Position numbers and translations under genes: made by a program
The notes under the pieces: model-generated
What the model saw: only the letters and a program-made list of their open reading frames with translations
What the model was told of the DNA's origin: nothing
Databases searched by the model: none
Shown: positions 13,620 through 27,720 of the stretch, piece after piece
Layout of the letters: each line of letters starts with the position of its first letter
Position numbering within the stretch: the stretch's first letter is position 1
From: Octopus bimaculoides
Lineage: Eukaryota
Assembly: GCF_001194135.2 (NCBI RefSeq)
Contig: NC_068982.1
Coordinates: 164,673,928 to 164,737,927, forward strand
Reading direction: 5' to 3'
DNA: 64,000 nt

Positions 13620-14890
13620 ATAACCCTTGATATCAAAAGCTTATATACGGTGATCCCACACAACGAAGTACTTCTTCCGCTTAAACGCTTTCTATATCTT
13701 CGGCCTGACCCTCACCCTGATACCTCCGCGCTTCTTCGTCTTGCCGAACTTGTTCTCTCCCTCAACTGCTTCTCGTTCACAGGGGACTTTTACCAACACT
13801 TCTCGGCTGTGGCAATGGGAACGGGAATGGGCCCAACTATGTGAACCTATTCATTGGCTACGTTGTGGCACAAATATTCCCCCGCAATTCATTGGTCCCA
13901 CTCCCCAATTCATTGGTCCCACTCGCTATATCGATGACTGTATCGACGCGACACCATTTCCTCGTGAACAATTCTCACTTCGTCCCTTTGCACCAATCGG
14001 GCTCAACTCACCTCCTCTTTTCATGACACCAATCCACTCTTCATTTAACACCAATCCCACAAGGATTCCCACTCACCTCCAACAATCCCGTACACAGCCA
14101 CATACCGCCCAACTCGGCACACTCATCCACACCCACCACTATATACACTCCCACCCACAATATTCAACCCATCACTCATTTCACACACCATTACACAAAT
14201 ACCCACAACACGTTCCCACTCCATACACACTTCTCAGCACCCTTACAACACACTATTACCCACACATGCACACAATCTTCAATAGCATCATCACACATAC
14301 CACTATATGAGCAGCTACACATACTGTTTAACTCAGTACACACACCTCACACCATCATGAACACTCCCACATCGACAAACACAAGCAATACACATATACA
14401 AAGATACCTTTCACCCACATACATACACTATGCACATGCACACTATTTACTCACAGTGACACACACAGAAACATGTACACACACCACGTGTAAAAGTACA
14501 CATCAACTAACACACACACACACACTCACACACACACAATTTACACAAGCACGCACATACACACATACACGTCAAACTCACTCGTTCGCATTCGTGCATA
14601 CACACTTACAGGGTCACACACAATTCAAACACACATACAGGCTCGCGCAGCTCTTCTTCTTGAGATCACCACGTATTATACCTTCTTTATTCAACCTATT
14701 TCTTTTCCAATCATCGCCATGCTGGACCACTGAGCTCAGTACGTTTTTTTTTCATTCTCTCTCTCTGTTTATTTCCGCTTATTCTTTTCTGTCGAAGAGC
14801 GTAGGCTCGAAACGTAAAAAAAACTTTTCCATTTTTCTCAAGCGTCAAACTAATACATATGCCTGTTGTTTCCACATCTGTCATCGTCCT
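13620..14890 (+). mobile_element. Penelope-like retroelement relic (RT fragment plus 3' end)
   Basis: TLDIKSLYTVIP..., AMGTGMGP, NLFIG and RYIDD are PLE RT motifs. A PLE-type terminal segment 'gaagagcgtaggctcgaaacg' lies at ~14794-14814. Confidence 0.8.
14784..14820 (+). ncRNA. Degenerate minimal hammerhead-ribozyme-like motif
   Basis: CUUUU-CUGUCGA-A-GAGC(GUAG)GCUC-GAAAC-GUA-AAAA. Stem II and GAAA are intact; the core reads CUGU instead of CUGA. Confidence 0.35.
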
Positions 14891-14909
14891 TGCTTTTCTA
14901 TAAATTTCA

Positions 14910-15135
<226 letters not shown>

Positions 15136-15599
15136 AGCAGCAGCAACATTAACATCAACGTTAGTATCAGCATCAGTATCAAAGGAATTGCAGTTGCGGC
15201 AACACCACTGCTGTAATGGCTGTTGTAGAAACAGGAATAGTAAAAGCAGCAGTTGTAGTTGCAATTGCAGTAATAACGAAAGCAGCAGAAATTTGTTTCG
15301 TCTTTTTAAAAACAATTCGCAGTTCCAAAGTTGATGTCATATGATGCTGATTCCTTTATGGGTAAAGAGAAGGATAATAAAAATAAATACAGGCAGGCGA
15401 ACTGACCAGCAGGATTTTAGGATAGAGACGTTTTATTGTTGATTAACTTGGGTAAGGATCAAGGATTAACAAAAAATGAAATTAGCAGATAAAGTAATAA
15501 TTTACGACCACAGTGTTATTATGTGATACTTACGGGCGTCAGACCGCCTTATTTGGATTTGTTTGGGATTAAGAGTACATATCACTATTTTGTCTGTTT

Positions 15600-17400
15600 T
15601 ATTTGCACTGTATATTTGTGTGTGAAACGAATTCAATGGGACGGCATGCAGAGTATGAGAAGCATTAGTTGTGCTTATTGGAAACGATGAAATTTTTATT
15701 ATTTTGTTTGGAATCAATAGAAGAACATGTTTACGCTTTTATGTTTGTACAATAAGCCTCATCAATATTGACTGTTGTTAAGCAATAACAGAATAGCTGA
15801 CCACGACAGATTACAGTAAATTGCACACATAATAAACATACCAGATTTACGAAAATGTTAGATTCCCTCCCATCAGTGAGTGATTAAAGAATGAAACCGT
15901 TTATGTAATAGAAAACAGAAAACAAATGGACGGATTGGATGGAAGCATGAAATACAAGCCTGAAACAAAGTATTAAATGCAAAACAGTTATGAAGTTAGT
16001 CAGAGCGGTTAGTCAATGACATCGACCCAAATACTAGACTAATACTCTATTTTATTAACACAAGAACAATGATAGGACATTACTAGCTTCCATCCTGTTG
16101 ACTAAGTCCTTCTGGCCTATGTTTGTTAGAAGATTTAATTTTAGGGCGGTACTTTTGGAGAATCTTTCTCTCGACGGATTTCTTTTGGCACTGAATTGTG
16201 TTTTCAAATCGTACCGAGGAAAATTTTACTTTTTATCTCTTTGAGTCACTAGAATATAAAGGACCACTTATGGGCTACAGATTTATTTAATCAACTAACC
16301 CGATCTTTAAATATGAAGTCAATAAAATGTACTACTAGTCAAGAACTGGCCACATTGGTAATAGGTTGAATATATTGCTAAGCTAACAAAAGAATAATGT
16401 AACAGGAGTCAACGAAATCTCTAAGTGTGCAGTGTTTTGTCATCTTACAGCAGCAATATTATCACACTATGCATCTTGAGCAATCGAGGCATCATCAGTT
16501 GACAGAATACGAACCATTGTCATAGCCGACAATATACCACTAATGATACACTGCGACTGTCTCACACATACAATTTCACTATCTGCTTCATGTTTACAAA
16601 TACTTATTTAGGGAATTCTCAAATAGACTTCAGAAAGTGTTATTAGACTGCATCATCGTGATACAATCTAAATTAATTACTGCTCTCTATTCTGTGTATT
16701 TGTTTCATGCTGTTTAGTGGTGCAATAAAAAAACTCCGGTTTTAATTAAATATCCATAAAACCAATGAATAAGATAATTAATTGAGTTGTTGAATCCTCT
16801 GTTCTCATTTTCCAATTCTCTCATTTGGTTTTTACTTTACCTTTTATGTTTTCCTTTAATTTATTTCATTTTATGTTTTGCACATCTAAATAGCAATTAT
16901 GTATTAGAATCAAAGCAATTTAAATTTAATATTTTTGATATGTATAAAATAATTTCCAAATTAGTTATATTGAAATAAACATTGCAATCACAAATACAAT
17001 TTTACAAAAAAAAAAAACCTCTAATATAGCTATATATTTGACGTTAACGGGAAAATATCTTTTCATATTAACAATAAACTTATATACTTCAATGACAATA
17101 CAATACGAATAATTGTTCGAATTTATTTAATTAAAACGTTCTAGGGGTCAATGTTGTTTATTCATTATCGCAGTATGTGTCCATACATTATTTACTTGGT
17201 GTTCATATGTATTATTTTCTAATTGAAAATTAACACCATATTAATTATAACTCAGGAATTGTATCAACTATTTAATTATGAGAACGACGTTTTTCTATAC
17301 ATTTGCCTCGGCGTTTATTTGCGCGTCACCCAAGGAAAAGAAATTTAACAATTGTTACTATTCTTAACTTAAGGTATCCTACATATGACATCACATTTTG
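15600..17400 (+). pseudogene. Decayed TLR-like pseudogene (LRR, LRR-CT, TM, TIR remnants)
   Basis: LLLSNNRI (15772-15795), DLFNQLT, and RIRTIVIADNIPLMIHCDCL (16504-16563, LRR-CT-like). Hydrophobic stretch in ORF 16787-16978. WCSY (17197-17208). The motifs occur in TLR order. Confidence 0.5.
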
Positions 17401-17717
17401 TAAATGAAATATCTGAATGAAGTCAAACTAGAAGTCAATAAGACATTTCCAGCAGTTAGCGAAACTGAAAAGAAAGACTCCATGAGACAAATTTATAGAC
17501 AGGGGTCTCAACAGATTTATGGACACATCAACCTTTCGTTAGGATTTGTTGATTAATTCATATTAACTAATAAAGTGATGCATTCTTCTTTTATATCACT
17601 GAACATATTTTTTGGGTTGCTGAAATCAAGTGTTCCTAATCGAAATACACTTAACAAAACAATATATTATGAAATGCATATAATGTCTGCTGCCTACTGA
17701 ATCAGGTTTCGTGTTTA

Positions 17718-18860
17718 CAAGGTGTATTCAAGAAGTTTTGAGAGTTTCTCAGTTGAGACATTTATCGATTTCAAAGACGTATAAAACACTACTCACTTTC
17801 AAAGTAAGATTCTCTGATTCAATGTACTGGTTCTAGCGCTCCAGTCACTTCTTGGAAGCCCCATGAAAGTTCTTCAAAGCGAAGATGTCCCGGAGTTTTG
17901 TCATAGCTTCCTTCATCTTTTCAGCGTTTTCAAATCGACTGCCCATGAGGTTCTCCTTCACTTTGAGAATCAGCCAAAGTCACAAGGATCAAGGTCTGGA
18001 CTGTAGGGAGGGTGAGAGACAGTTTTTATACCCATCTCTGCCAAGTCGTTGGTTACTAGAATGGAAGTGTGAACTAGTATATTGTCCTAATGCAGGTGCC
18101 ACCGAACCAAGGAGAAGAACTCTAGGATTTTAAGACGAAATCTCTTCTTGAACTCCTTCAAAACATTCACATTGTGCTTTTGGATGGCTGTCTGGCTAAA
18201 GTGATCTCAGTCTTGCTGTCAACAAAAGGTATCATCATGAGCTTATAGGTGCACTTGATTTGCTGGCATTCTCGGACCTGGGGAAACCGGGATGCTTCTA
18301 TTGAGCATGCTGTCTCTTAGTCCTTGGGTCACAAGAGTAGATCTAACTTTCATCACAGGTCACCAGCGATTCAAGTAGCCTTGGACTGGAGGTCATGTGC
18401 TCAATCATCTCCCTGCTGTCACTAATGCATCTTTCTTTCTACTTCCCATTGAGCACCCTGAAAACAAATTTGGCACAAATTTTGCACATCTTCAAATATT
18501 CATGGATAATTCTGCGTACAATTGCTATACCAACTCCGAACTGTATGCTTGTTGTCTTTATAGACACACGACGACTTTCAGTCAGAAAATTACGAATTTT
18601 TTTCATCCAGCACTGATATTCTAATGTCCCTTTTCCTCTCACACCTCTCGTCATATCTCACTTATTTGAACTTATTACCACTCTTGAACTTATTATGCCA
18701 GCGAAAAACCGATGCTCGGATCATATACGCTAATCCATAAGCAGCATGGAGTATTCCTTAAGTTTGCATATAATTTTTGCACAATTTGATGCAAAACTAT
18801 ATTGAATAACAAGCTTCCAAACTGCCTTCACGTCTCGACTATATTCAGCAAACTAGTCAA
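17718..18860 (-). mobile_element. Mariner (DD34D) transposon relic
   Basis: KICAKFVFRVL, LVTCDES*IYSCDP, LH*DN and HPPYSPDLDPCDF. TA at 17716-17717 followed by TIR-like CAAGGTGTATTCAAGAAG. The other TIR was not found. Confidence 0.88.
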
Positions 18861-20324
18861 CTGAGACAATCAGTCTTTAGTAGGAAATGTTCAAAGTGCC
18901 GTTGCAGCCGCCTTCTTTAATCCGGAATAAAAATAGTGGTAGGTCAGGTCATTAAATTAACAGTAAAGATATACTAAAATTACAATCCACGACAAGTATA
19001 GCATTCTCTTAAAAAAACAATTCTGGAATAAATTTCATATATTTAATCTGTAATTAAGTAACAGGTTAATGGTCACCAGTTCCTAATTGCTAGCCAAATT
19101 GGGAACATTTAACAGTAATAATCTGAAAAGAAAACACTTATAACGTTTGCATTATGAGTCCCATTACTATATCATTCAGCCTGATTCATAGCAGACTGAA
19201 ACAAAAAAATGCAACTCTCATATCGTGTTTCATGAAGAGTGCTCATACATATAGCCTTCTCTGTACCCGTTAACTAAGCATATACGCCTCCTTAGAGCAA
19301 TAGTAACCATTTTTGCAGTATAATTCACAAGTTTACTAGATATTTCAGTTTTACTTTCGAAACTGAAAATGAATGCTGGTTATAAAATAGTACCAATCCT
19401 TTGCTGTTGTTGAATTTGTATAAATTGTACTCGATACCAATAAAATTAATTTCTTATAGCTTTGCAGTATATCTCATATGTTACTCGTTTCGAAAGTCAT
19501 AATTCTGCACAAGATTTTGTAAAACTCGAAATCAATTTCTATTGAATATGAATTGGGAGAAACGCAAATAGCTTAAGTATATATCTAATTTCTGGAATTC
19601 AATTAAATAATTAATAAAAATACTCTATACATGTCATTGAATTTTAGTTATAGATTAGAGTCCGTCGTGTTCATTTATTCCCAAGGTAATATTTAATTAT
19701 CAAAAATGATAACATATATTTCCTATAGCTGAAGTATTATTTTGCTGAAAACACTTACACACTGTAAATATTTCACAGTAACCAGGTCACCGACAGATAT
19801 AATCTACTTATTCTATAACTATCACTACATATGCACAAACGCACTTGTACTCACACACACATACATATTCATACGTACATATATACATACACACTTGCAT
19901 ATATATGTGTGTGTGTGTGTGCATGTACATATATATGTGCGTATGTATATAGGTGCATATATGTATATATGTGTGTGTGTGTCTGTGTGAATGCATGTGT
20001 ATGTTCGTGTGTGTGTATGGGTGCGTGTGCATATATATAACTGTCTTTTCTATTGGCAGTATGAAACATTCAGAACCGTTTTAGTCTGTATATATGAGTT
20101 CCCATGCATTATATATGCCTTCTACTTCATGGTATAGTCCTCTGTTTTTCTTCCTTCTTTTTGCGGATATTTATGCCTGACCTATCTGATATCCAAAGAA
20201 GAAATAATTTTGTAGCGCACATAATTGGAGCTTCAGCCACTAAAATATAGAATTGTTTAATATTTCAAGAATTAGTCTCTAAAATCATATTGACATTCCA
20301 AGGTCGTTCGAAGTGTGTTCCATA

Positions 20325-20515
20325 AAGGTGGATACCATAGGAGTACTTAAATTGCTAATCTTCTCTCGTCCTCCATCAAAATTTATAAGCGGAAAAATCG
20401 GTGCCTTGATCAATTGCTCGATGGAAAAATGCTATAGGCTCTGATGAATCATCTATCACTCTTTTTCACACTTTGGAGCGAGTTTATGTGTAGAGACATC
20501 CGTCAGAAGCCTTCA
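20325..20515 (+). mobile_element. Short Tc1 transposase remnant
   Basis: From 20422: WKNAIGSDESSITLF..RVYV*RHPSE, the first catalytic D region of Tc1. Confidence 0.6.
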
Positions 20516-20675
20516 ACTCTCTTAAGCTCCTACCACGATATATGGCGGTTATTCAATCAATTCCTCGATAACTTAATATCTTAAGCCTGATTAAGATCAA
20601 AAGTAGTCCAACTCTATATAAAGATTATAGAACGTGCTGCATTTAATAGAGTATTTTCGTTATTCTGTCTAACCC

Positions 20676-20754
<79 letters not shown>

Positions 20755-21329
20755 CAAAGTTTCAACTTTGTGACACCCTAAATTATACTAATGCTACTTG
20801 AGTTACTTTAAGGGCAATCGAGGTTCAAGAGTATTCAGCTATGTCACACGCTAGCTCAACAAGTAGTTTGTCTAAATGATGGAACAACTGGATCCTCAAA
20901 CGAGGTGAATGTGTATTACATATGTATGCATATGTGTTTCTATGTACATGTGCAACTCTGTATGTGCCTGATTGCTTACGTATGGATGTTTCTACATAAT
21001 TTGGAGAGTAATGTACAAGTCAATCGTGTTTCGTTCTAGTATATACACAATTTCGCCTGTGGTTACGTCATTATGACCTCGTTGAGTCACATGCCTATGT
21101 AACAATATGAATGAACACACACGCTGATGCACAGATAGAAGGAATTTTTGAATATTGATATCCGAGAATGGGTATAGTGTGTAATTGTCGGTGCATGGAT
21201 TTTGAGATGGATGAGGGAAGAAGGGGTGACGATTTGGTTGGGAATATTTTGTTGAGATGGTAAGTCATTACTTAACTCTAATTACCAAAGCATGCTATAG
21301 TAACAGTAGAAGTGCGGACGTGAAGAATG

Positions 21330-22730
21330 AGCTCATCTCCACGCGTGAGATCAATGTGTTTTGTTGTGTAAGTTACCAATTGTTAGCCGTGGTACATTCT
21401 TAGGTTCCTGTCTTAGAAGTGTTATTTTTTTTTTAGTATTCTCTAGCATTACAAACACACATACACATGATAGTTTAGTAGTGGAAATCCAGAGAATGCC
21501 TGACAAAATATCTATTTGTTTGCGTACCTTTATTCTAATTTCAGATACTGTTCGTGTCCAATTAATTATCCTTGAATGTAAGAAAGAAGTTCTCGTCTAC
21601 TGTATTAAGTCCGTTCTTTCAAAGAAAATATCTTCTGAAGTTCATTTCATTCGACCTTGACTAAATAGAGTTAGAACATTTTTATGGTGTTTCGGTCAGT
21701 ATCTTCAGAACTCTGGTCATCTTTTGCCCGGAAATTAAGAGCAATTTCATAAGATCATGTGTAAATTTTCCCCGTTATTCTTTATCTTTATGTAGTTATG
21801 TTTTCAGTCTCTTGAAATAATGTATTGTAAAATGTATTTATGTTAAGAACATGAACCAGCAAGAAAATTCGTACATCCACATAGAAATTGGGACCGGGAA
21901 TTTTACGACTAATGAAATTTGTAAAACACTTTGCTCATTAGTTATTTATATTCATGGGCTTACAAGTCTGAGATTTGTTTCTCGCCAGAAGAATGTTATT
22001 TTTTAATACTATATTGATAGTCTAACTTTATATTCTAAACGATAAAATTTGTGATTTAATTTGTCAGGGCATTTGATATGTTCTGTTCTATAGTTTTTAT
22101 GTATTTAATCAATGCATTAGAGTTGTGTGTTTTATGTAGTCAATTCGTTTTTGTTTCAGTCTGTAAATTTTACAACTTGGAGCTACATCAGCGAACAGAA
22201 TTTAAATGTATGGGAAACAGGATTTTGTCAATGAAATTATGTAGCTCTGTCGGCATTGCCTAACACTCCGGAAATAAATTTGTGGTTCTCTTTAGTATAT
22301 ATTGACACGATGCGCCAGTTATCTTCTATCAGAATAATTATGTCAAAACAATATTTTCATTATATTGTTAAGAGTTATATTTATTTTTTTCCCTTAGTTC
22401 TGTTCAGTAAAAACTCGTTTCTTATGTCTTCCCTAAATTTTTTGACACCTCCGAAGTATATATAAACTACATTGTATATTCATGTCACGTAGAATGCCCT
22501 TAATCTGGACCATGAGGAAGGTCCCATGGATCTTATTTTGCTTACACAACCTGTTATGTACATAGCGAAACGATGCACTTGCTACACAGAAAACTAATGA
22601 TTTCATCATTATTTTGACTAGTATTGTGAATGGTTTTATTATTGTATTTTGTATATGTTATTTGATGTTTCATTTGTTCTACACCTGGAACGACTTTCTA
22701 TGTCTCAGTTGCAGCATTCATTGTACAAAG

Positions 22731-22778
<48 letters not shown>

Positions 22779-25700
22779 GACGGGGGAGAAAGAGAGAGTC
22801 ATCCAGGCTTAAGTGTTTTCATATTTATGTATATGAACAGATACTCACATACAAGGACGCACACGCACTCACACTTGTAAATATACATTGACAACGACTC
22901 ATACACACGTATTTAATAGAGGTTTTGCACATATGTACAACGGTGGGATCTCGTGGTTGCATGTTTTCTTACGTTTAACCAAACACAAAGCACAAATATA
23001 TATTCAGAGGTAATGAATATTTTAACAAGTCTAGATAAGTGAAACACATATATGTACACACGCGAATAAAACAAAATCAACATATCTGAATACACATACA
23101 TACTCTCATGTTCTTTCAAACACAATAACAAACCTCAGAAGGAAGAACGATAAAAGCACGAAACAAATCATCTCAAATACCTCTGTATCATTACCATTTG
23201 TTTATAGAACGGCAGACATCTTTATTCAAATGTTGAAGACAAATTTAATTACTGAACTCTTATCAATTCGAAAGCAACAATAGTTCTTTTAAACGTACAA
23301 ACACACTCTCACACATCCGTACAGACACAGAGACTCGCACATATATGTCTGTGTGTAAAAATTGTATCCATGTATATAAATGTATACACATACTTATGAA
23401 GGTATGCACATAATTACCTATACGTGTGTTGGTGTCTATGCGCGCGCGCATGAACTCACAAGCAGATGCACTAATATTTTTTTTTGTTAGTGGTATTCTT
23501 GAATGAATTAATTTTATCTGTCTTCATATATCAATCCCAGAGTATATGTTTATTTACTTTCTATTAGAGGGTAATTTTTGAAATGTTGGTTTTTATTTCC
23601 AGTGATAATCGTAAACAGAAAAAGTAATCAGATTCCAACCTGAACTGTGTTGAAGCACTCTTAATATTTTGTAAAGTACGCTTGGACTTGAATTATATGA
23701 AGGAATGCATGAATTTACTGCATATCAGCGTGTTTTTTATGATAGTTAGATAAATAGATAGTGTATGCAAGTTGTGTACTGTCTCGTATTTCAAATTGAG
23801 CATTCAATATTTGTCTTCTACTCTGCGTGTCAACTTATTAGGCAGCTCAGGTTTTTCACAATAACAGAGTATTTATTTGTTCCAGATAAATAATCCAGAT
23901 ATTTCACCACTGCATGACAATAACACCCATCTGCATGTACCAAAATAGATCTAATCCACCGATACGTAAAGAAACAACGGTATTTTTTGTTAATAGGTAT
24001 CATTTTTACCGTCCTAAATTATTAGGTAGGTCTAATAAAAATGCTAATTATACTAAAACAAACATTTATTAAATGCAACAATTAATTTTTAACAACAAAT
24101 ATAATCATAACGGACTTGATAATGAACATAATAATATGTTTAGATGGAAATAATACAAGGAATATGTCGTCATTAAGTTCTTAATGATGGATGTATGATC
24201 CTCTACATGAGAGAACGTCCCTGACGCATTTATCCATGGAATTTGTCAAGGTAACTATTTCATGTGGTATAATGCTGTCAGCAGCATCCACAATAGCTTC
24301 CCAGAGCGCATCTTTCGTTGAAAACTGCCGTCTATCTTGATATATCTTCCTCTTCAGAACACTCGACAGATTTTCAATCGGGTTTAAGTCGGGTGAACAC
24401 GATGGCCACTTCTTCATCAAAAGGTGTCCAGAGAAGCCCAATGGCTGCAGATATTCCATAGATTTCTTAGCTGCACGGGAGGGCGCATTATCTTGCATGA
24501 ACACTAGTTAATGAAATTTTCTACTTCTTCAACCATGGCTTAAAATTGTCCTCCAAAAAGGCAACATAGACATTAAATGTCATCTTAGTTCCGTCTGGAA
24601 CTTTCCAAGGACCAACCAACTTGTCTCCAATAATGCCAGCCCAAATCTTGACTCCGCATCCGCTTTGTTGGTGTCTCAAACGATGAGGACGATTTCCACT
24701 AATTACAACCCGTCCTCTACTCCACACATCTGGTCCGTCTAGGGTAGCATGGCATTCGTTAGTAAAGAGGACTTTTGAAAAAAATCTATCTTCTTGTAGT
24801 CTTCTGCCCATTTGACTCTATTTTGTTTATGAACAGCCTTCAGAGGGGGGGGGGTTGTAACAGGTTTAACGTTTTTGGATACCTGCTTCAGGAGGCGACA
24901 CCTGGTAGATTTCGAAATGTCTTCCCTGTCTCAGCGTTTAAACACTTCTCGACTAGTCAGACACGTGTTCTTAGCAACTTCCCTCGTTATACGTGACAAC
25001 TTACGCCTGAAAACAACCCTCGATTTACCTTTGTAGCCATCAAACGGACAGCAGACGACTACACAAATTTCTTCACAGTTCGATGATCTCTTTCCAGGAT
25101 CTATGATATTTCCAATGGTTTTGTTTTTCCAAGCTCTGAGACGATGGTGGGCTTCTCGTTTGATATTACATCGCGTTTTTGACCCATAATAACACTTTTA
25201 TTGGGCACTTTCCCAATTATTTTAGGACGGTAAAATTGTTCCTGTTTCACGGAAATGCCAACCGTTTGTTTACATCTGCACGAATCCAATTTAGTTTACT
25301 ACAGTATGCACAAGCAGAAGTTACCATCATTCAGTGAAAAATATCTAGATTCGAACAATAAATACTCTGTTATTACGAACAAAACAGAGCTGCCAAATAA
25401 TTTGACATGCAGTGTAGAATTTGATAAAAAAGATAGCCGAATTCATTGTGGACAAACTAGGCCTCTTCTCGTGTAGTTAATAACGTACATGTTACCTGAT
25501 TTCCATTTATTTGACTTAACAAATAAACAACACAACAGTAGATATCCACCGATTTCGTAGTTTTGGAGTTTTGCTAATAATTAAATCTCTATTGTTTTTT
25601 CCAGTTTTCTAGTTTTTGTTAGTTGACTTCAGCTTCCAGATTAAACATTTAAATCCAACATAATTTCTATACTTATGATGCTATTATCCATGTTAGAAAT

Positions 25701-27080
25701 AGAACATGTTATAACTTTAAATGGTGTGATCGCTTAAAGAATAAGTTATTGTGAAACGCTTTGTTCCTGATCTGATTTCACAGATTATGCAGTTATACTA
25801 GTACCCATCCAGTTATTCATAAATATAAATACTTGAAAGGAAAACAATGTGATGTAGGAAATATTCCGATTTGTGTATATTACCCACTGAAATACGTTAC
25901 TGTGAAACCCATCGCAAAAGGAAGACTTTGTGTAATGAACTCTGAGTCATATCTACATTTTAACACCGAAATTGGTTCAACTCTCTACCAACTGTGACAC
26001 TAAATATAACTAGAGAATATAGTCTTTATATATGAATTTAGTTTATGTAGCTTTCTATGTAGATTGACCACATCAATAACAGACTAAACTGCATGCAATA
26101 CCATCGTTTGGACACTTGAATTAAATAATTTTAAGTAGAAACATCTGTCATTATTCATGTATTCTGACAATCATATATTTACATTGGTATTGAAGATAAT
26201 AGTTTTAACCATTGATCGTCTGCTTGTTTCTGTCTGTGGCAGATTATATCATTAACGGTTGTGTGAACGTTAGATTGTGAGGACAGGCGAACACTGGAAA
26301 ATACTTCGCGTTTCCAAGTTCTAATACTTCTAATGACGAATTAGGTTTTAATATGAAGGAGTCGATCCATTCAATGGACTATAAATTTTCCACAACGTCT
26401 GTGGTGCTATGTCAATGTGAAATCATTATGCGGCATAGCAGCCATGGAGATAAAATCACCAAAACGCTTCTCACCGTTTCACTGTTTCTTTTTTGTGTTT
26501 GGTTCCACGTATATCGAAAATCTTCTAAAGTCTCTACGTTCTTTCTGCACAAGTATGTATAGGTGGTGATTTTTGTGATCGAAACTATTCCTGCACACCG
26601 AATATTTTCCGTAAGTATTCAGTGTTTGTTTCTTTTATTTTCTACTCTATCATCTAACTATTCTCAATTCGGAGAATGATGTAGTTATGAACTCGTCCTG
26701 CTGACGTTGATGTGGCAGAAGGCACGTAGATGAACAGTTTTTGAGATTAGTTGATGTTGAGATTAGTTACGTAGTTGAAAGGTTTTTGAGACTATAACCA
26801 TTCCCTTCATCCCTGACTCAGGGTATCCAAATTCATTGAATTTTGAGGATTTATTGACCTAAATTTAGTCCTTCCATGGTCGATGTTGCAAGTAAGTTAA
26901 ATTTAAGTTCCACGAAATTATCTACAAAATTTGTGGTCTGATGCGACTGTCAAGTATCACTGTGCTGCACATAGTCATGACATAAAACATCAGACATTTC
27001 TTATAGTATTTTTATTTGCTCCACATAACTTGGCAACCATTGTAGAATATTTCCCATTGGTCTCCTTCCTTTTTATCGAT
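21330..27080 (+). pseudogene. Decayed full-architecture TLR-like pseudogene, split by a DD37E-like transposon
   Basis: HGLTSLRFVSRQKNVI (21953-22000) and FYNLELHQRTEFKCMGNRI (22168-22224) have LRR spacing. LCQCE then TM-like TLLTVSLFLFCVWFHVYRK in ORF 26353-26562. KYSVFVSF (26613-26636) resembles TIR box 1. Could be two adjacent copies. Confidence 0.55.
23821..25414 (-). mobile_element. Complete but defective Tc1-superfamily transposon, DD37E/TRT-like
   Basis: TA target sites at 23819-23820 and 25415-25416. ~200-bp inverted ends with an inner repeat (TTTTACCGTCCTAAA at ~24005, inverted at ~25218-25232). Transposase 25187 to 24181: MGQKRD.., TNECHATLDGPD, QDNAPS, WPSCSPDLNPIEN. Confidence 0.93.
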
Positions 27081-27130
27081 TCACTCGATGCCCACTTGTT
27101 TCAAGAGTGACGTGCTTGTATGACTTTTTT

Positions 27131-27214
<84 letters not shown>

Positions 27215-27219
27215 TGTCA

Positions 27220-27720
27220 TGTGTCTGATGCACTTTAGATATGTAATTGGTCTCTTTTGTTACTGCAGAAATTGGGTGGATTGTAATTCTCTGCAAAATT
27301 TACTACAGCAGAAGTATGACACGTGTTCATTGTTCGGGATAGACGAGCAACGTGTTGCTCACCGATGTCCAAAATTTTCCTCAGAATATCATTTCTCTTT
27401 TTCAACACTAGGCTATTATAGAATGTTCAGCTTGATCTTTCACCAAACACATTGCAAGATTAGAAGGTATAAACATCTGGCAACATCCCACTCAGCCTTG
27501 GTAATCTCTTGATCTGGACTGCATTTCCATAAATGGATGCATGAAAAAAACTTACTTGACAAAAGGCGGCTAATATTGCTCACTTTAGTGCACATAACTT
27601 GCCAGAAAATACGCACACTTTGCGCAAAGAGTGAGAATGATTTACCCGTGGAATGCACCCTTTTCACAAGACAAAACAGATGAATCTTGCCAGGAAAATA
27701 TCTCTATAATGCAGGACGGT
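27220..27720 (+). pseudogene. Possible LRR remnant
   Basis: TLQD*KV*TSGNIP and KIRTLCAKSENDLPVEC. Weak motif match only. Confidence 0.2.
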
